A stretch of DNA of 50,382 nt from Candidatus Hermodarchaeota archaeon. GTDB lineage: Archaea; Asgardarchaeota; Hermodarchaeia; Hermodarchaeales; Hermodarchaeaceae. Position 1 is the stretch's first letter. Each line of letters opens with the position of its first letter. The notes beneath the pieces are model-generated. The model worked only from the letters and a program-made list of their open reading frames with translations. It searched no databases and was not told the origin of the DNA. Made by a program: the position numbers and the translations under genes. Location: the NCBI GenBank assembly GCA_016839805.1, contig JAEOTO010000005.1, positions 1 through 50,382 on the forward strand, read 5' to 3'. Below, in pieces: positions 48,538 through 50,382 of the stretch.

Positions 48538-48562
48538 TCAAAACCCCCAAACTTAAATTTCT

Positions 48563-49018
48563 CTAAAGTTTTAGTTCTTCAATTTTTGATATGATTTCAT
48601 CAACATGGCCCGGTACTCGAACCTTTGGCCAAATAAAACGGATTGTTCCTTCACGATCGATCAGAAATGTTGATCGTTTGGCAGAACCGGTTTCAGATTT
48701 AAGAACATCATAGAGCTTAACCACATTTTGCTCCTTATCTGCAACAAGCGGAAATTGCAATGCATTCTTCGTTTTAAACCCAGCCTGGCGTTTTACACTA
48801 TCTGTACTCACTCCTACTACTTTCACACCCATACCTGTTAGGCGGATCATGCTATCTCGAAAAGAGCATGCTTCCTTCGTACAGCTTGGGGTGCCAGCCC
48901 TCGGATAAAAGTATAAGACGACGATATTTTCTCGAAGACTGCTTAAGGTAAGTGTTGAACCATCATCTGTGGGCGCTGTGAAATCGGGCGCTTTTTCTTC
49001 TACTTTTGGCATTACCAT
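48563..49018 (-). CDS. bcp: Bacterioferritin comigratory protein (Bcp/PrxQ peroxiredoxin)
   Basis: LYFYPRAGTPSCTKEACSFRD. Confidence 0.9.
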   Translation of the reverse strand: MVMPKVEEKAPDFTAPTDDGSTLTLSSLRENIVVLYFYPRAGTPSCTKEACSFRDSMIRLTGMGVKVVGVSTDSVKRQAGFKTKNALQFPLVADKEQNVVKLYDVLKSETGSAKRSTFLIDREGTIRFIWPKVRVPGHVDEIISKIEELKL

Positions 49019-49071
49019 ACATATCACCTGAATTTTCTTTGCTTATTAATTATTATTATAATATTATAGAT

Positions 49072-49103
49072 AAAGAAAAAATGAGGGAGAATTCCCCCTC
49101 ATT
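49072..49103 (-). terminator. Hairpin plus U-tract after the fasciclin gene
   Basis: AATGAGGG..CCCTCATT stem followed on the minus strand by TTTTTCTTT. Confidence 0.5.
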
Positions 49104-49122
49104 AAAAAGGATTCATAGAATC

Positions 49123-49524
49123 CTATTTGGGCAAGATCACTTTATCAATGATGTGGATCACGCCGTTCTCAGCTTCGATGTCAGCCTGAATTACGTGAGC
49201 ATCATCGACTTTGACACCATCGCTGGCATCAATGTGAATACTTTGACCTTGGACCGTTTTGATTTCGTCTTTATTGATGACGTCTTTAGCTTTGTATTTC
49301 CCTGCTACCACGTGGTAGAGGAGAATAGCTTTCAATTTTTCAGTATCTTTAAGAAGAGCTTCAACTGTGCCCTCTGGGAGAGCTGAGAAAGCATCATCAG
49401 TAGGTGCGAAAACTGTAAAGGGTCCATCATTCGATAATGTTTCGGCTAATCCAGCCGCGGTTGCTGCCGTTAATAGAGTATTAAATTGGCCAGCATCTTT
49501 AGCAATTTTAACAATATTTTCCAT
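49123..49524 (-). CDS. Fasciclin (FAS1) domain protein without signal peptide
   Basis: [33 protein letters not shown]. Confidence 0.9.
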   Translation of the reverse strand: MENIVKIAKDAGQFNTLLTAATAAGLAETLSNDGPFTVFAPTDDAFSALPEGTVEALLKDTEKLKAILLYHVVAGKYKAKDVINKDEIKTVQGQSIHIDASDGVKVDDAHVIQADIEAENGVIHIIDKVILPK

Positions 49525-49769
49525 ATTACATCCATCCTTTGATTTATGAATCCGTGGATGGTTGGGGTTAACCATTCGCGGAATTAACAGTGTTAAGTAC
49601 CCAAGCCATATATAAATATTATCCTTAATTAAAAATATATCTAATCAAATAACACGAAACAGTAATATAAATAGCCCATTGCCTATCCAGTGAAAGTAGA
49701 TTAAATAGAATGCAGAAGATTCCTTGAGCAAATGCAATTTTCGTAGTCTAAGCGATTACATTTAAGGAA

Positions 49770-50375
49770 TTATGTCTTTTCTACTCGGAAGAGGATGATT
49801 AGCCCATAGATGATTTTTGTTATCACATCTAAAGCTGCATACAGTATTACAGCAACGAGGGTTGTAATGAGACCAAATCCTGTTGGTGCAAGCATGAACA
49901 CCAGAGGAAAGAGAGACCAGAAGATAATGATAAACAACATTAGCTGTGAATTCATTCCTCCTCTCGGCATACCCTTAAACAACGTAATGAGAAGCGCAAC
50001 GTAGGCAATCGAACTGAAGGCAAAGAACCACCACCGCTCGATGCTAGTAATAAAAGCGGCTAGAAAGCCACAAAACATAACCAGCATCGTCAATACAGGA
50101 ATCTTCACGAGCGTCATAGATTCGGTCTGTCTCAGAACCATTGCCACGGATATTGTGAGTAAACTACAACTGGCCATGTAAAAGAGCCATCGACTCCAAT
50201 AAACAGGTTCACCAATACCTGAAGTGACCACTAAGAAACCAAGAGCCATGAGAACATAGGATATCGTCGTTATAAAGGCAACAAGAATATCAACGAAGGA
50301 ATAAAATTCGTGAGCTCCAGAACGAAACGAAAGTAAAGTAAACATCACGGTTGCGATGCCAAAGATCGCAGCCAT
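49770..50375 (-). CDS. Microbial rhodopsin, schizorhodopsin/AntR-like; probably 5'-truncated by the window
   Basis: Helix C YWSRWLFYMASCSLL (Phe at the BR D85 site, Cys at the T90 site), helix F WSLFPLVF, helix G DVITK with the retinal Lys; the frame is open to the window edge. Confidence 0.85.
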   Translation of the reverse strand: MAAIFGIATVMFTLLSFRSGAHEFYSFVDILVAFITTISYVLMALGFLVVTSGIGEPVYWSRWLFYMASCSLLTISVAMVLRQTESMTLVKIPVLTMLVMFCGFLAAFITSIERWWFFAFSSIAYVALLITLFKGMPRGGMNSQLMLFIIIFWSLFPLVFMLAPTGFGLITTLVAVILYAALDVITKIIYGLIILFRVEKT

Positions 50376-50382
50376 AATCCAA

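Noticed and set aside
49770-50375. Bacteriorhodopsin, xenorhodopsin or heliorhodopsin assignment
   Set aside because: No Asp at the D85 site; helix G has DxxxK, whereas most xenorhodopsins have Pro and heliorhodopsins have SxxxK there.
1-50382. tRNA, rRNA, CRISPR arrays and the many short antisense or nested ORFs in the ORF track
   Set aside because: No cloverleaf, rRNA-like or repeat-spacer pattern was seen by eye (tRNAscan/Infernal not run). The nested ORFs overlap well-supported genes and lack motifs.

Overview
This 50 kb window looks like the chromosome of an Asgard-type archaeon. That is an inference from a Rab-like GTPase, a longin-like protein, a RING-like protein, a schizorhodopsin-type opsin, archaeal PolB2 and archaeal asparagine synthetase. 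The left half holds a C11 peptidase, PolB2 and its small partner gene 8 kb apart with a shared promoter motif, redox enzymes, an Fe3+/AfuABC-type ABC system and a pseudogene remnant of a second ABC ATPase. The right end (about 37.4-50.4 kb) is a light/photoprotection island: UbiA prenyltransferase, LyeJ-like elongase, two CrtI-family desaturases, CrtB, FixCX, a photoglobin-like/B12 photosensor, CPD photolyase, a Stay-green homologue, Bcp, fasciclin and an opsin with an atypical FSS motif. The main finding is in the Rab-like GTPase gene (minus strand). It is interrupted in switch I by a 32-nt insert (25671-25702) that starts with an in-frame TAG. The insert folds into a relaxed bulge-helix-bulge whose predicted cut sites coincide exactly with the boundaries that restore the protein. 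This is a candidate tRNA-endonuclease-spliced mRNA intron in a eukaryotic-signature gene. I saw no tRNA, rRNA, CRISPR array or transposase by eye.
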